A stretch of DNA of 64,000 nt from an uncultured virus (IMG/VR IMGVR_UViG_3300022555_003212) (taxonomy: Duplodnaviria; Heunggongvirae; Uroviricota; Caudoviricetes): the IMG/VR virus record IMGVR_UViG_3300022555_003212; one strand, 5' to 3'. Shown piece by piece: positions 47,684 to 56,997 of this stretch. Under the pieces are notes generated by a model that had not been told where the DNA came from, did not search any database, and saw only the letters and a program-made list of their open reading frames with translations. A program made the position numbers and the translations under genes. The number at the start of each line of letters is the position of its first letter. Within the stretch, counting starts at the first letter, position 1.

Positions 47684-47903
47684 GTTTGAGTTTTCTCAAC
47701 TCCTTTTCGGTACAGAAATGATTTCCAAAATTCTCCATTAGCACTTTAACCATTCCAAATGCGCCAGTGTAAATGTAAACGTAATTATTTATTGGATTTG
47801 AAGACCTACGTATAGATTCAATATCATAATATGAATTTTGCTTGAAAATTCCAGTATCATACTTAAGGCTTTTTTTACAGTATATTCGGTCACCGTCTTT
47901 CAT
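47661..47903 (-). CDS. class B GDxxYC family
   Basis: LRKLKLEKI. Confidence 0.8.
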   Translation of the reverse strand: MKDGDRIYCKKSLKYDTGIFKQNSYYDIESIRRSSNPINNYVYIYTGAFGMVKVLMENFGNHFCTEKELRKLKLEKIENG

Positions 47904-48118
47904 TTCCACTGAGTGCTTCTATTGTGTTTCCATGTCTTATACATTCTGATCTGATAAGACATTATTCGTTTTGTTGGATTCTTAACCCCACTTCTATACA
48001 TAGGATAAAATGGCACACCCTCAAATCCATATCGTTCTTTTAATCCTTGGGCTTCAACTTTATACTCTAATCGGTACGTTGTTGTTTTTGCGATCTTTGA
48101 TGTTTTGTAAGGTTTCAT
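47900..48118 (-). CDS. untagged basic phage protein
   Basis: ends WKHNRSTQWK. Confidence 0.75.
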   Translation of the reverse strand: MKPYKTSKIAKTTTYRLEYKVEAQGLKERYGFEGVPFYPMYRSGVKNPTKRIMSYQIRMYKTWKHNRSTQWK

Positions 48119-48178
48119 AAGATTGAGTTATTTTTTTAACTCAATACTTATCGTCTTTCTTTTTCATGAATTATATAG

Positions 48179-48415
48179 TTAAATATCGCAATTTAGTTTT
48201 TTCAATTTTTCTATTCGAAGTTCTTTCTTGCTTATATCATAGCAATAATAAAATTTTGCATATGAATGAACATTGTTATCTTTACGTGTTTCGTAGGCAA
48301 CCCAAGCCTCAGCTCCAGATGTCATTAATTCAATTTCCCACGTAAGGTCTTTTCGACCATTCATATAAAACCTACTTACACCCTTACCCAATTTAGTCAA
48401 TACTGGAACTCGCAA
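48179..48415 (-). CDS. class B protein
   Basis: LRIEKLKKL. Confidence 0.75.
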   Translation of the reverse strand: MRVPVLTKLGKGVSRFYMNGRKDLTWEIELMTSGAEAWVAYETRKDNNVHSYAKFYYCYDISKKELRIEKLKKLNCDI

Positions 48416-48623
48416 TTTTTTCCAATTTTAGTGCTCGCAATTCTTTTTCTGTAACACAATCACCACAAATTACAGATTCCCCATTAGCTCCAAATACTTC
48501 GATCTGATTTTTAGTGCAAAAACTATTTTTTCTATGCTGTTTTTTATGTGGGCAATTCTTCATTACGCATGTGGTTGGGCATATAACTGGTGTATATTCA
48601 CCCCAAATGTCATCGTATGTCAT
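48393..48623 (-). CDS. class B Cys/His mini-protein
   Basis: CPHKKQH; LRALKLEKI. Confidence 0.8.
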   Translation of the reverse strand: MTYDDIWGEYTPVICPTTCVMKNCPHKKQHRKNSFCTKNQIEVFGANGESVICGDCVTEKELRALKLEKIASSSID

Positions 48624-49135
48624 TTTATTTTATCAAGCTTGAGCTTGCGTTGAAATTGAACATTTTCACCAATCATTTTTGCTACAGCATCATCTTCGGA
48701 TTTAAATTTTTCATTTCTTTTTTCTTGATACGATAGCCATCTTAATTTAAAGTATTTGGAGAAAACCTTTGGGTGGATACAATTGAATGCGATCATGAAT
48801 ATTGCCCAAAATGGAACAATAAATCTCATACATATTACAAACACATAATAAGTCATCGCCCATGTTTGTATCGGTAGCTTTGATAATAAATAAACAATAA
48901 AACTTACCAGAACGAGCAATACAAACATCCAAGGCTTTAAAAAGATTCCCATTAATACTGAATCCCTGTTGGGTAATTTGGCTTTAAGAGTATCTACAAA
49001 AAAATATTTTTGAATTCGAAATTCATTGTTAGATATTCTATCACTATTTAAGTATCCACAATTTGACGAATCATATGATTCAGTTTTTGAATGGATAAAT
49101 AATTGACGTAATATTTTTTTATTCCTCAGTCGCAT
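48620..49135 (-). CDS. class B two-TM membrane protein
   Basis: QRKLKLDKI. Confidence 0.8.
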   Translation of the reverse strand: MRLRNKKILRQLFIHSKTESYDSSNCGYLNSDRISNNEFRIQKYFFVDTLKAKLPNRDSVLMGIFLKPWMFVLLVLVSFIVYLLSKLPIQTWAMTYYVFVICMRFIVPFWAIFMIAFNCIHPKVFSKYFKLRWLSYQEKRNEKFKSEDDAVAKMIGENVQFQRKLKLDKIK

Positions 49136-49314
49136 GATTAATTTGTTTAATTTTTTCTGATCTATTTGCTTTTAATATGTATGGGCAATTTTTTGGTGTT
49201 TCTGGCAAATTATGATATATTTTTTCATTATGATCAATTTCTAAAACAAGACATCTGAAGTATATTGATGCTTCGGCAATCTACGCACGTAAATATTCGT
49301 TTCGGTCCTTTCAT
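49119..49314 (-). pseudogene. frameshifted class B CxxC..CP gene
   Basis: MKGPKRIFTCVDC head; ETPKNCPYILKANRSEKIKQI tail out of frame. Confidence 0.6.
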
Positions 49315-49481
49315 AGTTTTTCACCGCACTTTGTGCAATACTTCGCTTGTTCTGTTTTAGCACGTTCCCCACAGTTTGGGCAATATCTTATCTTTGGTTG
49401 ATGAGATAAGCTTAAGAATGCTAACAGTGCCACAAACCCAATGGTTCCCAACGCTAAACTAATTTTGTCTTTTTTTGTCAT
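49311..49481 (-). CDS. TM-anchored zinc-ribbon protein (56 aa, not in track)
   Basis: TM then YCPNCG...YCTKCGEKL. Confidence 0.75.
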   Translation of the reverse strand: MTKKDKISLALGTIGFVALLAFLSLSHQPKIRYCPNCGERAKTEQAKYCTKCGEKL

Positions 49482-49486
49482 TATCT

Positions 49487-49690
49487 CTATTTTTTATTTT
49501 CTATCCAAAATTTCATTATTTCTGCAATTTGATCCAGCCCTATGAATTCAGCATCAAAATCATAATGACCATTATCCATATACTTAATTGTTAATTCACC
49601 GAAATATCCATTGTCGGTTGACCAAGAAAGCCTTGTAATTTTTTCACCAAATTTTTCTTCGGTGACATCAATTATTTTTCCGTTTTTCAT
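49487..49690 (-). CDS. untagged hypothetical protein
   Basis: 67 aa ORF. Confidence 0.7.
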   Translation of the reverse strand: MKNGKIIDVTEEKFGEKITRLSWSTDNGYFGELTIKYMDNGHYDFDAEFIGLDQIAEIMKFWIENKK

Positions 49691-49808
49691 TTATTTTTTG
49701 TAGTTTTAATTTTCTAAATTGTTGTACAGTTACGCATAAGCACCCATATGTATCGTTACTCAGTGTGCATGGTGATTTTGTACAATCTGTAAGTTGGGGC
49801 AAATTAAT

Positions 49809-50186
49809 TCAATCATATTTCGATGGTACTCTTAATTTTTTATTAAGAGCGTCCATTTTTTCTTCAACTTCCTTCATTTCTTTACGATGCTTGCTATAGT
49901 CCGTGTAATGCTTAGCCAGTTGATCCAGCATTTTTATTTGATCATCATCAATTCTGGTTAGCATCAAATCACCGTTAGAGTGGAGATAATGAACTTTTAT
50001 TTTGGTTCCTAATTTGGCACCGCTCAATCGTTTTTTTAACGAATCTATTATTCTCATCTTTAAAAGATCAGATAATGGATGATAGAGCTTTTTCCCAATG
50101 AGCTGTTCATCCCCATAGTAATGCGGGCCGTATGTTGGCATGTTATCTGCGCTATCATACCACATAAAATATTTTTCTTCTTCCAT
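49809..50186 (-). CDS. untagged hypothetical protein
   Basis: 125 aa ORF. Confidence 0.75.
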   Translation of the reverse strand: MEEEKYFMWYDSADNMPTYGPHYYGDEQLIGKKLYHPLSDLLKMRIIDSLKKRLSGAKLGTKIKVHYLHSNGDLMLTRIDDDQIKMLDQLAKHYTDYSKHRKEMKEVEEKMDALNKKLRVPSKYD

Positions 50187-50188
50187 TA

Positions 50189-50473
50189 TTATTTATTTTT
50201 TAATTTTTCAAGTTTAGCTAAACGGAGTTCCTTTTTTGTATAAAAATATTGACCATATTCAAAATCGTATCTTAGTAGTCGGCATACGCAATTTTCATCA
50301 ATTACAAATGGATTACCAAGTGGGCTAAATTTTACTAAATACCATTTTCCTTTTTTTAAAGCAAGTGTATTTGAATATAGATTTTGTTGATATGTTGAAT
50401 TTTCACTACGTGGTGGATTTATAAAATCCTTTTTACAAAAAATAACATCACCATATTGTAAACCCTCAAGCAT
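50189..50473 (-). CDS. class B GDxxxC family
   Basis: LRLAKLEKL. Confidence 0.8.
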   Translation of the reverse strand: MLEGLQYGDVIFCKKDFINPPRSENSTYQQNLYSNTLALKKGKWYLVKFSPLGNPFVIDENCVCRLLRYDFEYGQYFYTKKELRLAKLEKLKNK

Positions 50474-50784
50474 TATATTTCAGTGTATTTTTCGTTTAAA
50501 TATTCTTCGTTACAACAGGATAGCGGGTATACGTCATTGTACAAATCGATAACAATATAATTACCAACATATGCATAAAATGTAGATTGTGTTTTATCTT
50601 CTCGTTCATGAATTAAACAAAGAACCTTATCAGGATTAAATGGGTTTGTTTTTATAATGCTAAATTTTTCACACTTAGATTCGGCTGTTATTCTATCAAG
50701 TTCTTTTTTAACATCGGCAATGATTGATTCTTTGCCAGTCCATTGGATCGCCAGAACCTCCTTTTTGTTTCTATATTTTTTCAT
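50473..50784 (-). CDS. untagged phage protein (V.AIQWTG family)
   Basis: KYR.K..V.AIQWTG...GNYIV...YP. Confidence 0.75.
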   Translation of the reverse strand: MKKYRNKKEVLAIQWTGKESIIADVKKELDRITAESKCEKFSIIKTNPFNPDKVLCLIHEREDKTQSTFYAYVGNYIVIDLYNDVYPLSCCNEEYLNEKYTEI

Positions 50785-51163
50785 TTGATTCTTGTATTTT
50801 TTTAAGCTTCAACTTTCTGGCATCTTTTAATGTGCAGAAGTTATTGGTCATTTTTTCAAACCTAAAATAAAGTGATCTTTTTGTTCTTGTAATTTTATCA
50901 TACCCATACTGAATATACCAAACAACATACGGTGTTTTTGTAGCGTAATTGTTACTGTAAGTGTATTTTTCTTCAATTCTAATTACCTTATAAGAAAATC
51001 CTTCTTTAAATAATACAGCAATTCCGTCATATCCAGTTAAGGCTGATATTGGTTTATAACCAGCTAAATTGATAGAATAGGTTTTTTTACAATAAAGTAG
51101 ATCGCCTTCTTTGGGCTGATTATTATTTGTAATCGGTATTATTTTTTTAGGTTTTTTAGCCAT
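50771..51163 (-). CDS. class B GDxxYC family
   Basis: ARKLKLKKI. Confidence 0.8.
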   Translation of the reverse strand: MAKKPKKIIPITNNNQPKEGDLLYCKKTYSINLAGYKPISALTGYDGIAVLFKEGFSYKVIRIEEKYTYSNNYATKTPYVVWYIQYGYDKITRTKRSLYFRFEKMTNNFCTLKDARKLKLKKIQESNEKI

Positions 51164-51268
51164 TTATTCGTCCCAAAGCAACGGGTCTTTTTTATATAAC
51201 AGAGTATGTGTCAAAATGAACCTCTGTTACGATAGCTTCTTTAGCTATTTCGAATGGATATTTTTCTT

Positions 51269-51451
51269 TCATAGTTTTTTTATATCATTAAAGAATTTTT
51301 TCCAACTCCAAGTTTTGATTCCATTTATAAATTCATCTCTGGAACAGAGTGGTTTGAAAAGATTTAACATAATCAATCCAACCCACAATGATCCCATTAT
51401 GAATGTAACCAACAGTAATATAACTAACGATAATAATAATAACTGTCCCAT
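51269..51451 (-). CDS. small membrane protein
   Basis: long hydrophobic N-terminus; TATATTTG 51467-51474. Confidence 0.6.
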   Translation of the reverse strand: MGQLLLLSLVILLLVTFIMGSLWVGLIMLNLFKPLCSRDEFINGIKTWSWKKFFNDIKKL

Positions 51452-51478
51452 ATAATATATTTTTATCAAATATACGAA

Positions 51479-51706
51479 TTATTTTTCAAATAAAAAACCA
51501 TCTATCTTCTTAAGTTTTTCTTTTCTTAGGTTGATACATTTATGCCCAATTTTTTCATTTGGGTAGTCTTCAAGATGTGCACTCAAGTATTCGTGCATAC
51601 AAAGTTTAACTTCACAATAATTAATACCAATTCCTTTCAATGCATCATGCTCATCAATATGAGGGCATGTTTGATATCGGCATATTTTAAATGATTCACA
51701 GATCAT
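51479..51706 (-). CDS. class B Cys/His mini-protein
   Basis: CPHIDEH; LRKEKLKKI. Confidence 0.8.
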   Translation of the reverse strand: MICESFKICRYQTCPHIDEHDALKGIGINYCEVKLCMHEYLSAHLEDYPNEKIGHKCINLRKEKLKKIDGFLFEK

Positions 51707-51887
51707 TTTCTATTTGTTTAAGTTTAACTTTTCTAAGAGATTCACATTTACAATTACCCAAAGGACAAACTGTATCACAATGAGCGGCACCAGATATCTT
51801 TTTATCGTGATATTTTTCATGCCCACACGACCTCATTAATAATAATGGGCAATTTTTATACCTTGGGCAAATTAGTAACATATCCAT
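51696..51887 (-). CDS. class B Cys/His mini-protein
   Basis: CGHEKYH; LRKVKLKQI. Confidence 0.8.
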   Translation of the reverse strand: MDMLLICPRYKNCPLLLMRSCGHEKYHDKKISGAAHCDTVCPLGNCKCESLRKVKLKQIENDL

Positions 51888-52071
51888 TTATTTCTTCCAA
51901 TTTAATTTTTCGAACATTTGCACATGTACTGTCTATAACTGCGGTCCGACAATAATTCATGGAACATTCATTATCTGGGTCATAATCGTGAGGTTTGACA
52001 TGCTTACAATTACGTTTAGTAATGTTTATATCTTTTGCACATTCTCTATAATTTGTACATATAACTTTCAT
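51856..52071 (-). CDS. class B Cys/His mini-protein
   Basis: CKHVKPH; VRKIKLEEI. Confidence 0.8.
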   Translation of the reverse strand: MKVICTNYRECAKDINITKRNCKHVKPHDYDPDNECSMNYCRTAVIDSTCANVRKIKLEEINGYVTNLPKV

Positions 52072-52367
52072 TTGATATGTTTTTTAAGTTTTTCCAATTT
52101 TTCTTTGCGTATAATTTCTTTAAATTTTACAAAGTTCACTAAGTGCTGATCTACACCAGTTTTACCAAATCTGATCCAGTTTTTCCCCAATGGGGTTAGA
52201 CCCATCCACTCCATGGGTGAAAAAACCCCCATATCAACGTAAATTTTATTTATATCATCCCAATTAAAAACAGTTTCCCCAATCTTATTTAGATAAATTG
52301 CACAATCAATCAATTCTTGTACAGTATCACAAGTTATTGAATACCTATGCTCTTTTAAGTTCTTCAA
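52068..52367 (-). CDS. class B CxTxxE family
   Basis: IRKEKLEKL. Confidence 0.8.
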   Translation of the reverse strand: MKNLKEHRYSITCDTVQELIDCAIYLNKIGETVFNWDDINKIYVDMGVFSPMEWMGLTPLGKNWIRFGKTGVDQHLVNFVKFKEIIRKEKLEKLKKHIK

Positions 52368-52560
52368 TTTTTTTTAGTTTTTGAGTTCTAAGAAACACTT
52401 TTTCGTTAACGCATACATTAGACCTTGCGGAATCATATTTATGATTTTTTAACCAATGTATGCACATTCCATCAGTACATTCTTCATCGATTTCATGCGG
52501 ATGATCATGCATACAATCTATCTCATCACACAAGTTTAGCAATTTTGAATTACAAACCAT
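52345..52560 (-). CDS. class B Cys/His mini-protein
   Basis: CMHDHPH; LRTQKLKKI. Confidence 0.8.
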   Translation of the reverse strand: MVCNSKLLNLCDEIDCMHDHPHEIDEECTDGMCIHWLKNHKYDSARSNVCVNEKVFLRTQKLKKIEELKRA

Positions 52561-52780
52561 TTTTTAATTTACTAAGTTTAATTTTTCGAATATCTGATAA
52601 TTTTATGCACTTAACATGCTGTTGCAGTTTAACACAAAATCCATCACATCCACCAAGATATCCATGATCATCAGCATCATCATCTGTCTCAAAATCATGT
52701 AGTATTTCATGTGGGCATAATTCATTATGCTGAGCATAAAATCCACATAAATCTTTCATCGGACAAATAAATTTACTCAT
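52550..52780 (-). CDS. class B Cys/His mini-protein
   Basis: CPHEILH; IRKIKLSKL. Confidence 0.8.
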   Translation of the reverse strand: MSKFICPMKDLCGFYAQHNELCPHEILHDFETDDDADDHGYLGGCDGFCVKLQQHVKCIKLSDIRKIKLSKLKNGL

Positions 52781-52785
52781 TCTTT

Positions 52786-53766
52786 TTAAATATAATAAAG
52801 TGAACAATTTTTGAACAATTTAATAGTTTCGTATTTTACAGTTTCATCACCAACCGTTAATTCTATTTCATATTTATCAGATATAAATTCACTATTGGTA
52901 ATAGGAATTTTATACAATAATGTTGCTTCAGAATAATATAGAAATTTGTGAAATTCAACATTTTTAATTTTTATTTCAATATCAAGTGGCTCTGTAATAT
53001 CAAAGATAAATAAATAAAGATCATCATCTGACATATTTCCAATAAAATACCTTGAGGATTTTAATATGAATTTATCAAATGGGTTATTCATAACCTGAGC
53101 ATTTGGTAATTTAAATTCAATATCACCAATCATATCCATTGTTGTGTAGAACTCAGATGAATATTCATCATGATTTATATGGATTAAATTCAACCCAGAG
53201 TTTGTTATTTTTTCATAAATATATGATTCAGCCACCTTACCACATTTTTTATATTCTTCGATATTGATATAATTAAAAAATGTGGGAATATTTGAATTTA
53301 TATTCAGTGCTATCAATGTCATATTGATATAACTTTCACCAAAATAAAAAATAACACCATCTGATCTTTTTAATTTTAAGAGGATACTATCTACTAAATT
53401 TTTGGTTATTATAACATCATAATTAATGATGATCACATTATCATATCCAAGTTGAGATACGAAGCCATATCCACGAATCCATTGCTGGAAAACGGTATAT
53501 CCATAATCATCTCTGGGGATATTTAATTTTATCTTTCCAATGAGTTTCCAAAACGCAATATATTTATCGGGGTATCCAAGTATTGGATTTGAATAATCAT
53601 AAATACATTGACTTACTTTATTTTGAATATCTGAATCTACTGGATAATGTGAATAAATACAGACATCTCCAACACCCATATTTTTTAAGTTGTCTACACA
53701 ATTATTCATAGCTAAGACTTTCTTATCGGTATTGCAGTAAGCTGTTATTAAGAAGCAAGTTTTCAT
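52786..53766 (-). CDS. putative GT-A-like (glycosyltransferase-related) protein
   Basis: N-terminal beta-alpha pattern LITAY..SHYPV..IYD..NP and GY...IIINYD. Confidence 0.45.
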   Translation of the reverse strand: MKTCFLITAYCNTDKKVLAMNNCVDNLKNMGVGDVCIYSHYPVDSDIQNKVSQCIYDYSNPILGYPDKYIAFWKLIGKIKLNIPRDDYGYTVFQQWIRGYGFVSQLGYDNVIIINYDVIITKNLVDSILLKLKRSDGVIFYFGESYINMTLIALNINSNIPTFFNYINIEEYKKCGKVAESYIYEKITNSGLNLIHINHDEYSSEFYTTMDMIGDIEFKLPNAQVMNNPFDKFILKSSRYFIGNMSDDDLYLFIFDITEPLDIEIKIKNVEFHKFLYYSEATLLYKIPITNSEFISDKYEIELTVGDETVKYETIKLFKNCSLYYI

Positions 53767-53771
53767 TTCAA

Positions 53772-53954
53772 TTATAGGTTATCCAATTGCTTAAGTTTCT
53801 TCTTTCTTTCCATGGATAAGTTTGTACATACTACTGGTGGTTTATCGATAGCATAATTCATCACATCTATCATGATTATGCTCGTGTAATTTATAATGGG
53901 TACACCCATTATTTTTTGTGTTTTTACAAATATTATGATATGGGCAAATAACAT
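53772..53954 (-). CDS. class B small protein (possibly frameshifted Cys gene)
   Basis: ERKKKLKQL. Confidence 0.55.
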   Translation of the reverse strand: MLFAHIIIFVKTQKIMGVPIINYTSIIMIDVMNYAIDKPPVVCTNLSMERKKKLKQLDNL

Positions 53955-54224
53955 TCATTTTAATTTGTTCAATTTTTTCTTTCGAACTTCTTTTATATCT
54001 GGTACAATATCCAAACTATCTGGGTTATATCCATATCTCAATTTTGACGGTTGCCATCTGACATTTACATCAGGATATCTTGGATCAATTTGATCTTCGA
54101 CAATTCCAACACAATCACCGAATTCGTCAACATGAGCCTTGCAATTGTTTGAAATAAGTCCGTCTTTCAATTGTTGTGACATTTTTACATTGGTACCAGC
54201 TTTAATCTGTTTTATAGTTTTCAA
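53955..54224 (-). CDS. class B protein
   Basis: VRKKKLNKL. Confidence 0.8.
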   Translation of the reverse strand: MKTIKQIKAGTNVKMSQQLKDGLISNNCKAHVDEFGDCVGIVEDQIDPRYPDVNVRWQPSKLRYGYNPDSLDIVPDIKEVRKKKLNKLK

Positions 54225-54402
54225 TTTCTTTTAATTTTAGTTTTCTTAATTCTGACGTAGTGTAGCAATGATTTCCTTCCACCCCCGCACACTCAGATAT
54301 ACAAGAGACAAAATCAAAATCATGATCATAAAAATGATGGCATTCAGACGATTGACATGCGCCATAAGTTGAGCCTTTAAATTTTTTACAACGTGCTATC
54401 AT
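54202..54402 (-). CDS. class B Cys/His mini-protein
   Basis: CHHFYDH; LRKLKLKEI. Confidence 0.8.
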   Translation of the reverse strand: MIARCKKFKGSTYGACQSSECHHFYDHDFDFVSCISECAGVEGNHCYTTSELRKLKLKEIENYKTD

Positions 54403-54839
54403 TTCAGTTTCTTGAGTTTGTATTTACGTTCTGTTTCCAAATCCAAATAATGGATTTTTTTTGTTAAGCTCCTTTTTTCTTTTAGTATTAACTTTCTATC
54501 CTCAGATTTTTGTTTGCGCATTTCAGCTTTGGAAATTCTACTATTTATGTCTGATTTTGCATCATCATAGCAACCATATTCTTCTTTATATAATATTAGA
54601 GTGCATACAAAAAGAATTGGTAATGAAGCGTCAATAATATATAATACTGATGGTATATGAACTTTAGCAAAAAGCATTACAATAAAAGAAATTGTGAACA
54701 CAGCAAATAGTGCTGAATATGCAAGTAAAAACCAAGCAGTCTTTTCCCAGTTATAACTATATATCCAGCCAATAATAGTTTTTCTTTGTATGTAATAATT
54801 ACCTTTTTCTACGATTCGATAGTTTGAATACTTACTCAT
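54399..54839 (-). CDS. class B two-TM membrane protein
   Basis: YRIV..YYIQRK..GW; ERKYKLKKL. Confidence 0.8.
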   Translation of the reverse strand: MSKYSNYRIVEKGNYYIQRKTIIGWIYSYNWEKTAWFLLAYSALFAVFTISFIVMLFAKVHIPSVLYIIDASLPILFVCTLILYKEEYGCYDDAKSDINSRISKAEMRKQKSEDRKLILKEKRSLTKKIHYLDLETERKYKLKKLK

Positions 54840-55023
54840 CACTTTTTAATTTTTGTAATTTTTCTTTTCTGATTTTTTTTATATCTTCACATATATTTAA
54901 TTCGTTATATGCAACATTATAGCAAGGTTCATTGCAATTACTCCACTCAGAATCATTTTCATGAGCATTGTAGTGTGTACATGAATCTTGATCGCAATTA
55001 ATTTTTCGGCAAATTACTATCAA
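54832..55023 (-). CDS. class B Cys/His mini-protein
   Basis: CTHYNAH; IRKEKLQKL. Confidence 0.8.
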   Translation of the reverse strand: MIVICRKINCDQDSCTHYNAHENDSEWSNCNEPCYNVAYNELNICEDIKKIRKEKLQKLKSDE

Positions 55024-55082
55024 TTTTTTTAAGTTTTTCTATGTCTTGTGCTTGTTGATTATCAGTGATATAAATTGCAACA

Positions 55083-55352
55083 TTATTTAAGTTCACGTAA
55101 TTTTTCCTTTCTGATAGCTTGTGTGATATCAATTAAACTATTTGTTGATGAACCATTCACACTCCACGACATTTTTAAATCATGATCAATAAATATATAA
55201 ATAGAATCTAAGGCTTCGAATTTTAAAATCATGGGCTCATTATTAACATTCCAATCGTTGAACCATCTCACACCATTTTTAAGTAAAATAATTTGGGTGT
55301 TAAGTATTTCCGAACCATTTTTACAATAAATTACCGTACCTCTAAAGTCCAT
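55083..55352 (-). CDS. class B Q..L...G..W family
   Basis: IRKEKLREL. Confidence 0.8.
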   Translation of the reverse strand: MDFRGTVIYCKNGSEILNTQIILLKNGVRWFNDWNVNNEPMILKFEALDSIYIFIDHDLKMSWSVNGSSTNSLIDITQAIRKEKLRELK

Positions 55353-55575
55353 TTATTTTATTTAGTTTTTCTTTTCGTAAATCTTTTAATAACTTAAAAT
55401 GCTTAAGATACTCAGCTTGTTCAACTCCATTCCCAGTAACAATTACCTCAATTCCGCCCCAAACGAGTTTTACTGTATATGTGCAACCTTCAACTAAATA
55501 ACAAGATAATTGAGTTGTATATTTATCAGGAACAAAAATAATTTTATCACCTATTTTTACTTCGCTTAATAGCAT
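55342..55575 (-). CDS. class B GD family
   Basis: LRKEKLNKI. Confidence 0.8.
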   Translation of the reverse strand: MLLSEVKIGDKIIFVPDKYTTQLSCYLVEGCTYTVKLVWGGIEVIVTGNGVEQAEYLKHFKLLKDLRKEKLNKINGL

Positions 55576-55595
55576 ATTTTATCTGTTCGATATTA

Positions 55596-56201
55596 TTATT
55601 CGGTTACTGCATCGTGTAGCATTCCCCTTAATTGTGTACGAATGATTGGCTCACCAATAATATCAATCTTAATTTTGAAATCTGAATATTCAGCTTTTGA
55701 AAGTGGCTTCAATTTTTTGTTATCTCTGCGGCTTCGACTGTCACTGGCTTCGTTTAGCCGTGTTATGATATGATTGATCATTTCATTGTTTTGTGCTTTT
55801 TCCTTTTCAGTTTTCTGGTGATCCCTGTTTTCCAGAAGGCAGTGAATGATTGTGTGATGATTGGCGCAAAACGTCTTTTCTGGGGATTGGATAATGGTAT
55901 CCATTTCCGTAAGGACCCTCACACAACCATCAACCATATCCCTGATAATGTTAATATTGGTTGTGATTATTCTTGCTTCTGTGATTGTTGGATTATTCGC
56001 AATTGCGGAAATCATTTTCTGACACTGAATAGATGATACTTCTTTTTCAGGAAAGAAATATGTGTGGGGATCATATTCAATTTCAATATCACCAGTTGAG
56101 TGATATGGTGCTACTAAGCACTTGATTATTTTTCCATACATCATCATTGATGTTTGTTCTTCTTCTTTTGATAAAGTGAACATTTCTTTTGGTAATTTCA
56201 T
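55596..56201 (-). CDS. untagged hypothetical protein
   Basis: 201 aa ORF; FPE...IITTN segment. Confidence 0.8.
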   Translation of the reverse strand: MKLPKEMFTLSKEEEQTSMMMYGKIIKCLVAPYHSTGDIEIEYDPHTYFFPEKEVSSIQCQKMISAIANNPTITEARIITTNINIIRDMVDGCVRVLTEMDTIIQSPEKTFCANHHTIIHCLLENRDHQKTEKEKAQNNEMINHIITRLNEASDSRSRRDNKKLKPLSKAEYSDFKIKIDIIGEPIIRTQLRGMLHDAVTE

Positions 56202-56205
56202 AATT

Positions 56206-56478
56206 TTAAGATTTAAGATTTAATTTACTAAGTTTGGCTTTACGTTGTATTTTTAGAGCTTCAAAAACTCCAGTATATTTATTATTAAATTCGGTATAAG
56301 TTTCACTGTTATTAAAAAATAAAGTACCACCCGTATCTGTAAATATCCAGCAGACCTCATTTGTATCGTCATCTGGGGCTTCGGTTATTTCATGTATTGA
56401 ATATATTTTGTTTTTTGTAAGTTCTTTATATCCACCACCAATCCAACGAACTTTATCACCAACTTTAAATATCCCCAT
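56206..56478 (-). CDS. class B FKxGD..W family
   Basis: QRKAKLSKL. Confidence 0.8.
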   Translation of the reverse strand: MGIFKVGDKVRWIGGGYKELTKNKIYSIHEITEAPDDDTNEVCWIFTDTGGTLFFNNSETYTEFNNKYTGVFEALKIQRKAKLSKLNLKS

Positions 56479-56752
56479 TTTTTAATCGATTGAGTTTTGC
56501 TTTTCGTTCTAATCTTTTGCATTCAAAACAATAATCATAATGTCGTATTGTTATATCATATGTTGACTGGCTTATTAAAATTCTATCTTCTCCGAAATCA
56601 TCTTTTATCCAGCAAACACCGCTTGGATGAGCATCAGAAATTATATATTCTTTCCCTATAGTAAAGTTCGTATGAACATCCATAGTCCTTTTTTTCCAAA
56701 TTATTTTATCCCCTGTTCTAAAAACGTTTATATTTTTTGTCATGTCGATCAT
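56465..56752 (-). CDS. class B FxxGD..W family
   Basis: ERKAKLNRL. Confidence 0.8.
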   Translation of the reverse strand: MIDMTKNINVFRTGDKIIWKKRTMDVHTNFTIGKEYIISDAHPSGVCWIKDDFGEDRILISQSTYDITIRHYDYCFECKRLERKAKLNRLKNGDI

Positions 56753-56997
56753 TACATATCAAACTTAATTGCAACTTTATTTGCAAAATATGCCAATATT
56801 TTCCGATCTCTTGGGTTTTTAGAAAATCTAAACCCCATCCATCGTGACTCGGTTTCAACCAATCTAAATATTTGTATTACTCCACGATTATCAACCATAT
56901 CAATAGTGTACCCTTTACCAATATCCAAGTCTTTCTCAACACCATTATTGTCGATGCAATAAACTCTATCCCCAACTTTATACAGTTTCTTTTTCAT
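56752..56997 (-). CDS. GDxVYC family protein with FDM tail inside class B operon
   Basis: ends RDRKILAYFANKVAIKFDM. Confidence 0.8.
   Translation of the reverse strand: MKKKLYKVGDRVYCIDNNGVEKDLDIGKGYTIDMVDNRGVIQIFRLVETESRWMGFRFSKNPRDRKILAYFANKVAIKFDM

Noticed and set aside
28337..55023. Cys/His mini-proteins as c-type cytochromes
   Set aside because: Pattern is CxHxxxH, not CxxCH, and there are no signal peptides.
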